In this document: in pieces, positions 49,915 to 58,230 of the stretch
Layout of the letters: each line of letters begins with the position of its first letter
How positions within the stretch are numbered: the first letter of the stretch is position 1
NCBI GenBank assembly: GCA_964470065.1
Contig: CAYYAR010000018.1
Coordinates: 4,960-68,959 of the forward strand
DNA: 64,000 nucleotides
Reading direction: 5' to 3'
Source: an uncultured Verrucomicrobiota bacterium
GTDB lineage: Bacteria > Verrucomicrobiota > Kiritimatiellia > CAIVKH01
The notes under the pieces: model-generated
The model's input: only the letters and a program-made list of their open reading frames with translations
Told to the model about the DNA's origin: nothing
The model's database searches: none
Made by a program: the position numbers and the translations under genes

Positions 49915-50648
49915 GAAACGCCCGCGGCTTCCGGATACGCGCGCATGGCCGTCAGCATCTCCCGCACCGCCGCCGGCATCCCGTGAAGCACGGCACGCGC
50001 AACGATGCTGTGCCCGATGTTCAGCACCTCGAGACGGGGGATCCGGAGAATATCGACGATGTTGGCCATATTGATGCCGTGACCGGCGTTGACACGCAAC
50101 CCGAGCCGGTGGGCAAACTCCGCCCCCTGGATCAGCCGCTCAAGCTGGGCGGTTTCGCCGTGATCACAAAAAGCTCCGGTGTGCAACTCGATGTACGGCG
50201 CGCCTATCGCGCGGGCAGCCTCGATCTGCGCAGGGTCGGAATCGATGAACATACTCAACACAATCCCGGCATCCGACAACGCATCCACCGTCGGCTTCAG
50301 CGCATCAAATTGCCCCGCCACATCCAATCCGCCCTCGGTCGTCAGCTCCTGCCGCTTTTCCGGCACCAGACAAACCTCCTCCGGCTTGATGTCCAGCGCG
50401 ATGGCGACGATCTCCGGATGATTGCCCATTTCCAGATTCAGCGGCAAACCACCCCAGGCCTTCAGCGCGCGCACATCATGATCTTGAATGTGCCGGCGAT
50501 CTTCGCGCAAATGCACGGTGATACCATGCGCGCCCGCCTCCCGACACAACTTCGCCGCATCAAGCGGATCGGGATACGCCGCCCGCCGGGCCTGCCGCAC
50601 CGTGGCGACATGATCGATGTTCACGCCGAGCTTGAGCGGATTACTCAT
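49911..50648 (-). CDS. pdxJ: Pyridoxine 5'-phosphate synthase
   Basis: LGVNIDHVATVRQAR..., HLREDRRHI, IELHTG. 245 aa. Overlaps neighbours by 4 bp on each side. Confidence 0.9.
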   Translation of the reverse strand: MSNPLKLGVNIDHVATVRQARRAAYPDPLDAAKLCREAGAHGITVHLREDRRHIQDHDVRALKAWGGLPLNLEMGNHPEIVAIALDIKPEEVCLVPEKRQELTTEGGLDVAGQFDALKPTVDALSDAGIVLSMFIDSDPAQIEAARAIGAPYIELHTGAFCDHGETAQLERLIQGAEFAHRLGLRVNAGHGINMANIVDILRIPRLEVLNIGHSIVARAVLHGMPAAVREMLTAMRAYPEAAGVS

Positions 50649-51775
50649 AAACGGTCTACGTTTTTCTCCGGCTGCGCCGCCGGCAACGGCATGGAAGGCT
50701 CATACCGCACCAACTGGTTGCGGCCGCGCGAGCGCGCCTGTTGCAACGCCATCTCCGCGGCGAGAAAATACTGAACCGCCGTGCCCTGCACATCCGGAAA
50801 ACCCGCCAAGCCGGCGCTCACGGTGATCTTCGTCGCCTGCCCGGCCTTGAACACATGACGGCGCACCGCCGCGGCTACCCGCTGCACCACCGGCATCACC
50901 TCGCCCGGGCCGGCCACCAGACTGACGACAAAACCGGCCGCCCCGAAACGACACAACAAATCCTTCTCCCGGAACTGCTCGTCCAAAAATTCCGCCACCT
51001 CCTTGATCAGCGCCGCGGCCATGTTCTCGCGCAGGGTCTCGGCCACGCGGTTGAACTGGTCGATTTCGATATACACCACCGTGGCCGGCTTGTCGGCACG
51101 CCGCGCATTCGCAACATAACGGCGCATCGTGTTGATCATCTTGTCTTCACGAACCAGACCGGTGTGCTCATCGATTATGCCCGCCGGCGCGGATTTTTCC
51201 TCCGCGACCGCCTCCGCAGATTCCATCCCGGCCACCAGCAAACCCTCCTGCTCGGCCTTGGCCAGCATCTCCAGCGCCCGGGGATAAATCTCGGAGGTCT
51301 TGAATCCGTGTTCGGGATAACCGGCCACGCCAAATCGCCAACGATCGACGCCGGCCAAGCCCGCGGCAACCTCCGGCGACGTCACGCGACCGGCCACGCG
51401 GTCGGCGCGATCCGATCCGCAGAGCAAAAGAATTCCGATGAGATCCGGTCCGCACGCCATCACCTGGTCGTCGCGCCGGAGATGCCTGGTCAAATGCACT
51501 TCCACGTCGTCGCGCGTCGCGCCATCCGGCGGCACCCGCAGCAGCAGCACGGTAATCGGCTCGCGCGCTCTGCGCGCCGCGGCAATCCGGTTCATGATCA
51601 CCAAACGAAAGGCCTTGTCTTCGCCGAGTCCGAGCTCTTTGGACTCCTGCACCGATTCCGTCATCATCTGGAAACGCACAATGCTCGTGATCAGACAAAG
51701 AACCACAAACGAGATCGCGATCACCAGCGCGGTCTGGCCCAGAGCGCTGACCCACTCCGCCGCGGTCATCTCCAT
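50645..51775 (-). CDS. Membrane-anchored GGDEF-domain protein with a degenerate active site (GAAGF) but an intact RxxD I-site. Probable c-di-GMP receptor or scaffold rather than cyclase.
   Basis: N-terminal TM helix. The C-terminal GGDEF fold reads ...REKDLLCRFGAAGFVV... (RxxD-x3-R-F-G-A-A-G-F, against RxxD-x3-RYGGEEF in active cyclases). Confidence 0.7.
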   Translation of the reverse strand: MEMTAAEWVSALGQTALVIAISFVVLCLITSIVRFQMMTESVQESKELGLGEDKAFRLVIMNRIAAARRAREPITVLLLRVPPDGATRDDVEVHLTRHLRRDDQVMACGPDLIGILLLCGSDRADRVAGRVTSPEVAAGLAGVDRWRFGVAGYPEHGFKTSEIYPRALEMLAKAEQEGLLVAGMESAEAVAEEKSAPAGIIDEHTGLVREDKMINTMRRYVANARRADKPATVVYIEIDQFNRVAETLRENMAAALIKEVAEFLDEQFREKDLLCRFGAAGFVVSLVAGPGEVMPVVQRVAAAVRRHVFKAGQATKITVSAGLAGFPDVQGTAVQYFLAAEMALQQARSRGRNQLVRYEPSMPLPAAQPEKNVDRL

Positions 51776-52875
51776 TACAGCGCGCTCCCGTTGATGGCAT
51801 CGAAAAAGTGGGCCTTCTTCATGTTCATCACGAGCGAAAGCTCTTGATTGGGTTCCGCCGACTGACCCGGCGCCACCCGGGCAATGAACGAATGACGGCC
51901 CGCGGCGAGATAAAGATAAATCTCGGCACCCATCGGCTCAATCACCTCCACCCGCGCCTTCAACTGATTCGCGGGATTCGCCTGGGTGACATAGAGTGCA
52001 TCGGCAATGTCCTCCGGGCGCAGGCCAAACACCACCGGCTTGCCCGCGCGGCCGGAAAGACGCGCGGCGTATGCATCGTCGAGCTGGACGGAAAAACTGT
52101 CCGCGGCAAACCAGACGCCGCCCGGACGGACTTCGAGCGAACCAGAAAAGAAATTCATAGGCGGGCTGCCGATAAAACCGGCGACAAATTGGTTGGCCGG
52201 TTTGTTGTACAACTCCAGCGGCTCCGCCACCTGCTGAATCAATCCGTCCTTCATCACGACAATCCGGTCGCCCATCGTCATCGCTTCGACCTGATCGTGC
52301 GTCACATAAATCATCGTCGAGGCCAGGCGGGTGTGCAGCTTGCTGATTTCCATGCGCATCTGCACGCGCATCTTGGCGTCGAGATTTGAGAGCGGTTCGT
52401 CAAACAGGAATGCCTTGGGTTTCCGCACAATCGCCCGGCCCACCGCCACGCGCTGGCGCTGCCCGCCCGAGAGCGCCTTTGGTTTGCGCTCCAACAACTC
52501 CTGAATACTCAGAATATCCGCCGCCTCGCGCACGCGCTGGTCGATTTCCTGTTTGGGAAACCCGCGCAATTTCAATCCAAACGCCATGTTCTTGTACACC
52601 GTCATGTGCGGATACAAGGCGTAATTCTGAAACACCATTGCGATGTCGCGATCCTTCGGCGGGACATCGTTCACCTTCTTGCCGTCGATGTAGATGCTGC
52701 CCTTTGAAATTTCCTCGAGTCCGGCCACCATCCGCAGCGTCGTCGATTTGCCGCAACCCGACGGCCCGACCAGCACGACAAACTCGCGATCCTCAATGGT
52801 GAGATTGGCATCGTTGACCGCCATCACGCCGCCGGGATAGATCTTGTGGACGTTTTCGAGAATGACTTTGGCCAT
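51775..52875 (-). CDS. Sugar ABC transporter ATP-binding protein (MalK/UgpC/MsmK family) with the C-terminal regulatory TOBE-like domain. No permease or SBP genes adjacent.
   Basis: GPSGCGKSTTLR Walker A, LSGGQRQRVA signature, FLFDEPLSNLD Walker B. 366 aa. Confidence 0.85.
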   Translation of the reverse strand: MAKVILENVHKIYPGGVMAVNDANLTIEDREFVVLVGPSGCGKSTTLRMVAGLEEISKGSIYIDGKKVNDVPPKDRDIAMVFQNYALYPHMTVYKNMAFGLKLRGFPKQEIDQRVREAADILSIQELLERKPKALSGGQRQRVAVGRAIVRKPKAFLFDEPLSNLDAKMRVQMRMEISKLHTRLASTMIYVTHDQVEAMTMGDRIVVMKDGLIQQVAEPLELYNKPANQFVAGFIGSPPMNFFSGSLEVRPGGVWFAADSFSVQLDDAYAARLSGRAGKPVVFGLRPEDIADALYVTQANPANQLKARVEVIEPMGAEIYLYLAAGRHSFIARVAPGQSAEPNQELSLVMNMKKAHFFDAINGSAL

Positions 52876-52944
52876 AATCCTTCAACATAGCACTTCGCCG
52901 CGGCGACCGTCAAACAAAGCAAACATTTGCCAACCGGCCGGTTT

Positions 52945-52995
52945 TTTCCAATCATTGGAACTTTTCGAGGGTGGCTTTTCCAATGATTGGAACTT
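52945..52995. promoter_or_regulatory. Twin perfect 15-bp palindromes TTCCAATCATTGGAA (52949-52963) and TTCCAATGATTGGAA (52978-52992), 14 bp apart, in the divergent malK-like / namZ promoter region. Candidate operator.
   Basis: Perfect dyad symmetry twice. The same TTCCA-N5-TGGAA architecture occurs in the ~95-bp elements at 2781-2873 and 4821-4912, and AAGTTCCAAAG recurs at 56843. Confidence 0.45.
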
Positions 52996-53026
52996 TTACT
53001 CAGCATCGCATCAACCGGGCCCCGGC

Positions 53027-54130
53027 ATGAACGTGCGCAGCGGCATCGATCGCCTCGCCGGTCCCGACCGCGAACGGCTGCGCGGTAAACGATTCGGCCT
53101 CATCGCTCATCCGGCCAGCGTCGATGCCCGCGGATGTCCGTCGGCGGCGCGCTTGCGCGAAACGTTCGGCGACGGCCTCGCCGCGCTGTTCAGCCCCGAG
53201 CACGGCTTCTTCGGCATCGCCGGCGCCGGCGATCATGTCGCCTCCTGCCGCCATCCCGCCTGGGATATTCCCATCCACTCCCTCTACGGCAAAACCCGCC
53301 GCCCCTCCGCCGCCATGCTGCGCGGACTCGATGCCATCGTGTTCGACCTGCAGACGCTTTCCATCCGTTGTTATACGTATGTCTCGACGCTGCGCTATCT
53401 GCTCGAAGCCGCTCATGAAAAAAAGATGCGCGTGATTGTCGCCGATCGCTGGAACCCGCTCGCCGGCATCGTCGACGGTCCCATGCTCGAGCCGAAATAC
53501 GAAAGCTTCGTCGGCTGTTACCCGGGCCCGTTTGTTTACGGACGCGCCGCCGGCGCCGCCGCGCGGCATATGACGCGAGTCCTTCAATTAAAGGCAAAGC
53601 TCGACGTGTGCGAGGCCGATGGCCGCGCCCTCGAACCGCATCAATGGATCTCGCCTTCGCCGGCCATTCGCACGCCGCACTCGGCGTGGTGTTATCCGGT
53701 CACGGTCGGATTCGAAGCGCTTCCCGCGATTGATTACGGGCGCAAAACATTGATGCCATTCGAGCTCATCGGCGCGCCCGGCGTGAACGAGCACGAACTG
53801 TGCGATCGCCTGGACGCACACAAGCTTCCCGGCATCCTTTTTCATCCGGTCGCCTACGAACGCGACGGCACCATTTATCGCGGCGCACGCATCGCCGTCA
53901 CCCACCCGGAAAAATATCGACCTGCCGCAAGCGCCGTCGCCGTACTCGAGACACTGCAGACGATACTTGGCGCGAAAGCGCTCTGGCACACCCCGGGCTC
54001 CCGTCCGAAGTTTTTCGATCAACTCTGGGGCACGGATGCCATCCGCCGCGCGTTGCAATCCGGGACACCTTGGCAAAAAATCTCCGCGTCATGGCAACTT
54101 GAACGTTGGACGTCGAAAGTTGAGCGTTGA
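53027..54130 (+). CDS. DUF1343 / NamZ-family exo-beta-N-acetylmuramidase (peptidoglycan recycling).
   Basis: GKRFGLIAHPASVDARG ... LFSPEHGF pattern typical of DUF1343. Start trimmed to MNVRSG at 53027. Confidence 0.7.
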   Translation: MNVRSGIDRLAGPDRERLRGKRFGLIAHPASVDARGCPSAARLRETFGDGLAALFSPEHGFFGIAGAGDHVASCRHPAWDIPIHSLYGKTRRPSAAMLRGLDAIVFDLQTLSIRCYTYVSTLRYLLEAAHEKKMRVIVADRWNPLAGIVDGPMLEPKYESFVGCYPGPFVYGRAAGAAARHMTRVLQLKAKLDVCEADGRALEPHQWISPSPAIRTPHSAWCYPVTVGFEALPAIDYGRKTLMPFELIGAPGVNEHELCDRLDAHKLPGILFHPVAYERDGTIYRGARIAVTHPEKYRPAASAVAVLETLQTILGAKALWHTPGSRPKFFDQLWGTDAIRRALQSGTPWQKISASWQLERWTSKVER

Positions 54131-54133
54131 ACG

Positions 54134-56077
54134 TTGATTAAAAAAGCATTCATCCTCGCCGCCGGATTCGGCACCCGATTGCTTCCGCTCACGCGGGTCG
54201 TGCCCAAGCCGCTGCTGCCGCTCGGTGGCATCCCGATGCTCGACCGCGCACTCGCGATGGTAAAATCGTGGGGCGTACGCGACGTAGTGATCAATCTTCA
54301 TCACGGTGCCAGTCACATTCTTCATCACCTGCTCGCCCGCCCGCCTGACGGGCTCACCATCAATCTTTCGTTCGAACCGGACATTCTCGGCACCGGCGGC
54401 GCGCTGGTGAAAGCATCATGGTTTTTCAAGGACGGCGAGCCGTTCTGGATCGTAAATGCGGACGTGGCTGCTGACGTCGATGGACACAAAATTGCGCGCG
54501 CGTTTCGTCCCGGCAAAACCATCGCCGCTGCTTGGCTGGTCGGCGACTGCGGCCCCCGCACCGTCGAGTGCCGCCGCGGCGTCATCACCAACTTTTCATC
54601 GCCAAACCCCGGCTCGCCCGGCACGAGCACCTTCACCGGTGTTCATTTAGTTGATCCACGCATTATCAATTACATTGTAGGGCGGGAACGGCTGAAAGCC
54701 TGCCCGCCCTACAACTATGAAGTCACCTTCGCCTCCGTCATCCCCGCCTACGAGCGGGCCATCGCCGATGGCTGGCACGTCGCCGGCGTCGAAATCAACG
54801 ACGCCTTCTGGGCCGACATCGGCACCCCCGCGCAGTTCGTCGCCGCCAACAACGCCATTGTAGGGCGGGAAGGGCCGACGGCCTTCCCGCCGGACTCGAC
54901 CCACGGGCCCGGCTCGCGGATGGGAACCCGGCGGGAAGGCTTTCAGCCATTCCCGCCCTGCAATAACGATCAAGCCGTCCGCATCCATCACGACGTCATT
55001 ATCGCCCCCGGCATTCCGCTCCGCCGCTACCATGGGATCATGGCGCTGTGGGCCGAAGACGCCTTGACCGCCGCCGAACTACACCTCGCTCACCGCTGGT
55101 CCGCTTCACCATCCCTCATTGCTTGTCCACTCGCCCCGCGTGGCAGCGCCCGCAACTTCACGCGGCTTTATGATAGAAACAAAACCGCGCTCCTCATCAC
55201 CCACGATCCCGCCCGCGAGGAAAATCACCGCTACGTTGGCCACGCCCGTTTTCTAAAAAAGCTCGGTTTGCCCGTTCCGTCCGTTTTGTCCGTGGACCAA
55301 GAAAACCACACGGCGCTCTTCGAAGATGTCGGTTCGGAAAGCGTGCAAGACCTCGCGCCAGAAAAATCCGCCGCATGGCTTGAAAAAAATTACGAGCAAC
55401 TCATCGACCATCTCGTCATTTTTCACGAGCACGGCTACCGCGCCGCAAAAAAACAACGCATCGCCTTGATGCCTCCATTCAATGAAAAGCTATACGACTG
55501 GGAGCACAATCTTTTCACGGATTTATTCCTGCGCGATCGTTGTGGCGTCAGCGAGGAAGAGATTAAGAAAATAAAACGAGAATTACGCAACGTATCGCAC
55601 AGCTTGCTGAAAGCCCGCCCCGTGCTCGTGCATCGCGACCTTCAATCCAGCAATATTTTGCTTCGCGGGAATCGCTGGTCGCTCATCGATTTTCAAGGCA
55701 TGCGTTTTGGTCCCGCCGTATACGACCTCGCCTCGCTGTTGCTCGACCCGTATATCAAAATTAATGCGGCGACGCGCGCGCGCTTGCTCGCGCGTTACGA
55801 GGCGCAAGCCGACCCGAAGTCGCGCGTCGGCGAACTCTTCTGGCTCGCTGGTATTCAGCGACTCGGTCAAGCGCTCGGTGCCTACGCGCGGCTCGGTAAA
55901 AATCCCGGCACCGCGCGTTTCCTTCACTACATCCCTCCCGCGCTGGAAAACCTTGCCGAGGCGCTACGTCACACCGGAAAGTCTCCGCGTCTCGCGGCTG
56001 TGGCGGGCGAAGAGGTCTTTTTCCGGCCCCGGCAGGCCAAGGTGTATCCGCCATCATCCGCGGCGTTCTCCCGTTAA
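54134..56077 (+). CDS. Fused MurNAc-1-phosphate uridylyltransferase (MurU-like NTase, N-terminal) and anomeric MurNAc/GlcNAc kinase (AmgK-like APH-fold, C-terminal), carrying two in-frame palindromic insertions.
   Basis: N-terminus MIKKAFILAAGFGTRLLPLTRVVPKPLLPLGG is a sugar-nucleotidyltransferase. C-terminal half has ...GSARNFTRLYD..., VLVHRDLQSSNILL and IDFQG, which are APH/AmgK kinase motifs. Single 647-aa ORF. Confidence 0.75.
   Translation: MIKKAFILAAGFGTRLLPLTRVVPKPLLPLGGIPMLDRALAMVKSWGVRDVVINLHHGASHILHHLLARPPDGLTINLSFEPDILGTGGALVKASWFFKDGEPFWIVNADVAADVDGHKIARAFRPGKTIAAAWLVGDCGPRTVECRRGVITNFSSPNPGSPGTSTFTGVHLVDPRIINYIVGRERLKACPPYNYEVTFASVIPAYERAIADGWHVAGVEINDAFWADIGTPAQFVAANNAIVGREGPTAFPPDSTHGPGSRMGTRREGFQPFPPCNNDQAVRIHHDVIIAPGIPLRRYHGIMALWAEDALTAAELHLAHRWSASPSLIACPLAPRGSARNFTRLYDRNKTALLITHDPAREENHRYVGHARFLKKLGLPVPSVLSVDQENHTALFEDVGSESVQDLAPEKSAAWLEKNYEQLIDHLVIFHEHGYRAAKKQRIALMPPFNEKLYDWEHNLFTDLFLRDRCGVSEEEIKKIKRELRNVSHSLLKARPVLVHRDLQSSNILLRGNRWSLIDFQGMRFGPAVYDLASLLLDPYIKINAATRARLLARYEAQADPKSRVGELFWLAGIQRLGQALGAYARLGKNPGTARFLHYIPPALENLAEALRHTGKSPRLAAVAGEEVFFRPRQAKVYPPSSAAFSR
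54671..54712. repeat. In-frame 42-bp palindromic insertion TTGTAGGGCGGGAACGGCTGAAAGCCTGCCCGCCCTACAA inside the MurU domain. It encodes IVGRERLKACPPYN.
   Basis: Perfect 12-bp terminal inverted repeats. Related in inverse orientation to the 54858-54965 element (shared GGCTGAAAGCC core). Confidence 0.6.
54858..54965. repeat. In-frame ~107-bp palindromic element bounded by TTGTAGGGCGGGAA / TTCCCGCCCTGCAA, located exactly at the MurU-AmgK domain junction. It encodes IVGREGPTAFPPDSTHGPGSRMGTRREGFQPFPPCNN.
   Basis: Terminal inverted repeats plus internal hairpins (GGGCGGGAAGGGCCGACGGCCTTCCCGCC). Both strands of the element encode G-R-E/P-F-P-P-type peptides (see the antisense ORF 54647-55033). Confidence 0.6.
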
Positions 56078-56078
56078 A

Positions 56079-56456
56079 TCATGAATTGGTTTTTCCGTAG
56101 CGCAATCGCTCTTCTTTTACCATCAACACCCGGCTTAACCGCTTGGCCATGTCATCGGAATAGGTTCGCCGTCCGTTTTCATAATCGCTGACCATGTTCT
56201 GCCGGATACCGAGTTTTTCCGCCAATTCATGCTGGGTCAATCCGGCCTTCAACCTCGCGCCCGCGATCAGGTTTCCGATGCTATTCTTCTGCATCTCTTT
56301 CCAATAGTCCGTGCTTTCAATCGAAACGAATTCCTCGCCCGGTGATTCGCTCAAAATCGCCACATCGTATTTCCGGCGGACCCATTCCAGGAATTCACCG
56401 ATGCCTTCGCCCTGAATCGACAGTTCAATATGGGGCTTTTTCACGAGAGCCAGCAT
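56079..56456 (-). CDS. HTH-XRE family antitoxin (HigA-like)
   Basis: The C-terminal LIAGARLKAGLTQHELAEKLGIRQNMVSDYENGRR is a canonical XRE helix-turn-helix. It lies immediately downstream of a RelE-like toxin gene and overlaps it by 32 bp. Confidence 0.7.
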   Translation of the reverse strand: MLALVKKPHIELSIQGEGIGEFLEWVRRKYDVAILSESPGEEFVSIESTDYWKEMQKNSIGNLIAGARLKAGLTQHELAEKLGIRQNMVSDYENGRRTYSDDMAKRLSRVLMVKEERLRYGKTNS

Positions 56457-56712
56457 AATACACCTCTATAATAATTTCGTCTTTCCGGCAGGACCAACAG
56501 GCCACATACCGGTAATTCAAATGACAGTGATACTTTTCATCGTCTAATGCGGAAAAATTGGGCCAGGTTTTCTGTATCGGCCCATCATCCTGCAGGTCGG
56601 TCACGAGCAGGAAGAAGAGCTGCTGAACATCCCGTGGCAACTTGGTCAGCCCGCGCGCGATTTTCTTTTTAACTCTGACGTCGTGTTTCACGCTGGTAAT
56701 AATATTACCCAA
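56425..56712 (-). CDS. RelE/ParE-superfamily toxin (HigB-like; toxin-first gene order).
   Basis: 95 aa. C-terminal ...YHCHLNYRYVACWSCRKDEIIIEVYYAGSREKAPY matches the RelE/ParE pattern (L..yR..y.......i.i...g.R...Y). Confidence 0.6.
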   Translation of the reverse strand: MGNIITSVKHDVRVKKKIARGLTKLPRDVQQLFFLLVTDLQDDGPIQKTWPNFSALDDEKYHCHLNYRYVACWSCRKDEIIIEVYYAGSREKAPY

Positions 56713-56853
56713 TCCTTGTTGATTGTCTAGTTATAAAAAGCGCCGGGCAGCAGCAACCCGGCATTTAAACTTCGTTAATGTCGAGCTTGTGAGGTATTGT
56801 GTCAGGGATTTGGTCGAACACATTGCCGAAGCGTGTCGTCCAAGTTCCAAAGC

Positions 56854-58224
56854 ATGAGAACTCTTTTTTTAATCCTGACGCTAACGATTGCGGCTTCATG
56901 CGCGTCGCCGCGTCCGGAAGAGGCGCTTCCGTTTTCCGCGCCTGACTCGTTCTCCGCCTCCGGCGAGGCCGCGCTTCCCGATGCGTGGTGGGAGAGCTTT
57001 GGAGATTCCGCGCTGAATGCCTGGATGGCGCAGTCGCTCTCGAACAACCTCTCGCTCCGCGCGACGTGGGACCGCCTCGCCCAGGCCGAAGCGACCGCCC
57101 GCAAACAGGGCGCGGATATTTACCCCTCCCTCGACGCCGTCGCCTCCGCCTCCCGTATCGACCGCGACGAAGGAGACGCCGATGAATTCAGCGCCGGTCT
57201 CGTCGCGAGTTACGAGCTCGATATCTGGGGCCGCGTTCGTTCGACCCGCGATGCCGCCCGCCTCGATGTGTCCGCCTCCCGCGAACAACTCCGCGCCGCC
57301 GCCATCACCCTCTCCGCCGAAATCGCCAATGCGTGGTTTCAACGCGCCGAACAACTTGGACAGATCGCGCTCCTCGAGGCGCAACTCGTCACCAACGAAA
57401 AAATTCTCGCGCTGCTCCGCCAGCGCTTCCGCACCGGGCAGTCGAGCGCGATTGATGTACTCCAACAGGAACAACTCGTCGAATCGCGCCGCGGCGACCT
57501 CGCCACCGCCCGGGCCCGCCTCGCCGTGCTCGAAAATCAACTCGCCGTGCTGTCCGGCCAACCCGCCGGCGCAACCATTCCCGCACCGGCCGTATCGATC
57601 GCGCTGCCCGCGCTCCCGGCCACCGGCGTTCCCGCCGAATTACTTCAGCATCGCCCCGATGTCCTGCGCGCCTATGATCAGGTGTTCGCCGCTGACGAAC
57701 GCGCCGCCGCCGCGCTCGCCGACCGGTTTCCGCGCCTGAGCATTTCCGCGCGCTATACCTCCACCGGCGAAAGCGCGGGTGATTTGTTTTCGAACTGGAT
57801 TACCACCCTGGCCGCCAACCTTATCGCGCCGGTCATCGATGGCGGATCGCGACGCGCCGAATCCGCGCGCGCCCGCGCCGCCCTCTCCGAGGCGCTGAAC
57901 AACTATGGCCAAGTCGCGCTCGGTGCGCTCGCGGAAGTGGAGAACGCCCTCGTCCAGGAGCAGCGCCACCGTGAATTCGTGGCCAGCCTGGCGCGTCAGC
58001 TCGAACTTGCCACGCAGGTCAGCGAGCGCACGCGCGATCGCTACCTGAGCGGCGGCGAGGATTTTCTCCGCATTCTGACCGCCGATCTTTCGCAACAGAA
58101 TCTCGAACGTAGTTTGCTGACCGCCGAACGCCAACTCCGGGAGTTCCGCATAGCGCTTTGCCGTGCGTTGTCCGGCGGCGTTACGCTCACCCGGCCCGCA
58201 CCGGCCACGCTGAAAACGAGGTAA
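56854..58224 (+). CDS. Outer-membrane efflux lipoprotein (OMF, NodT/CzcC/OprM family).
   Basis: Lipobox LTIAASC, and two tandem OEP repeats with the characteristic coiled-coil L/A/R-rich sequence. Start trimmed to MRTLFL at 56854. Confidence 0.85.
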   Translation: MRTLFLILTLTIAASCASPRPEEALPFSAPDSFSASGEAALPDAWWESFGDSALNAWMAQSLSNNLSLRATWDRLAQAEATARKQGADIYPSLDAVASASRIDRDEGDADEFSAGLVASYELDIWGRVRSTRDAARLDVSASREQLRAAAITLSAEIANAWFQRAEQLGQIALLEAQLVTNEKILALLRQRFRTGQSSAIDVLQQEQLVESRRGDLATARARLAVLENQLAVLSGQPAGATIPAPAVSIALPALPATGVPAELLQHRPDVLRAYDQVFAADERAAAALADRFPRLSISARYTSTGESAGDLFSNWITTLAANLIAPVIDGGSRRAESARARAALSEALNNYGQVALGALAEVENALVQEQRHREFVASLARQLELATQVSERTRDRYLSGGEDFLRILTADLSQQNLERSLLTAERQLREFRIALCRALSGGVTLTRPAPATLKTR

Positions 58225-58230
58225 TCCCGC

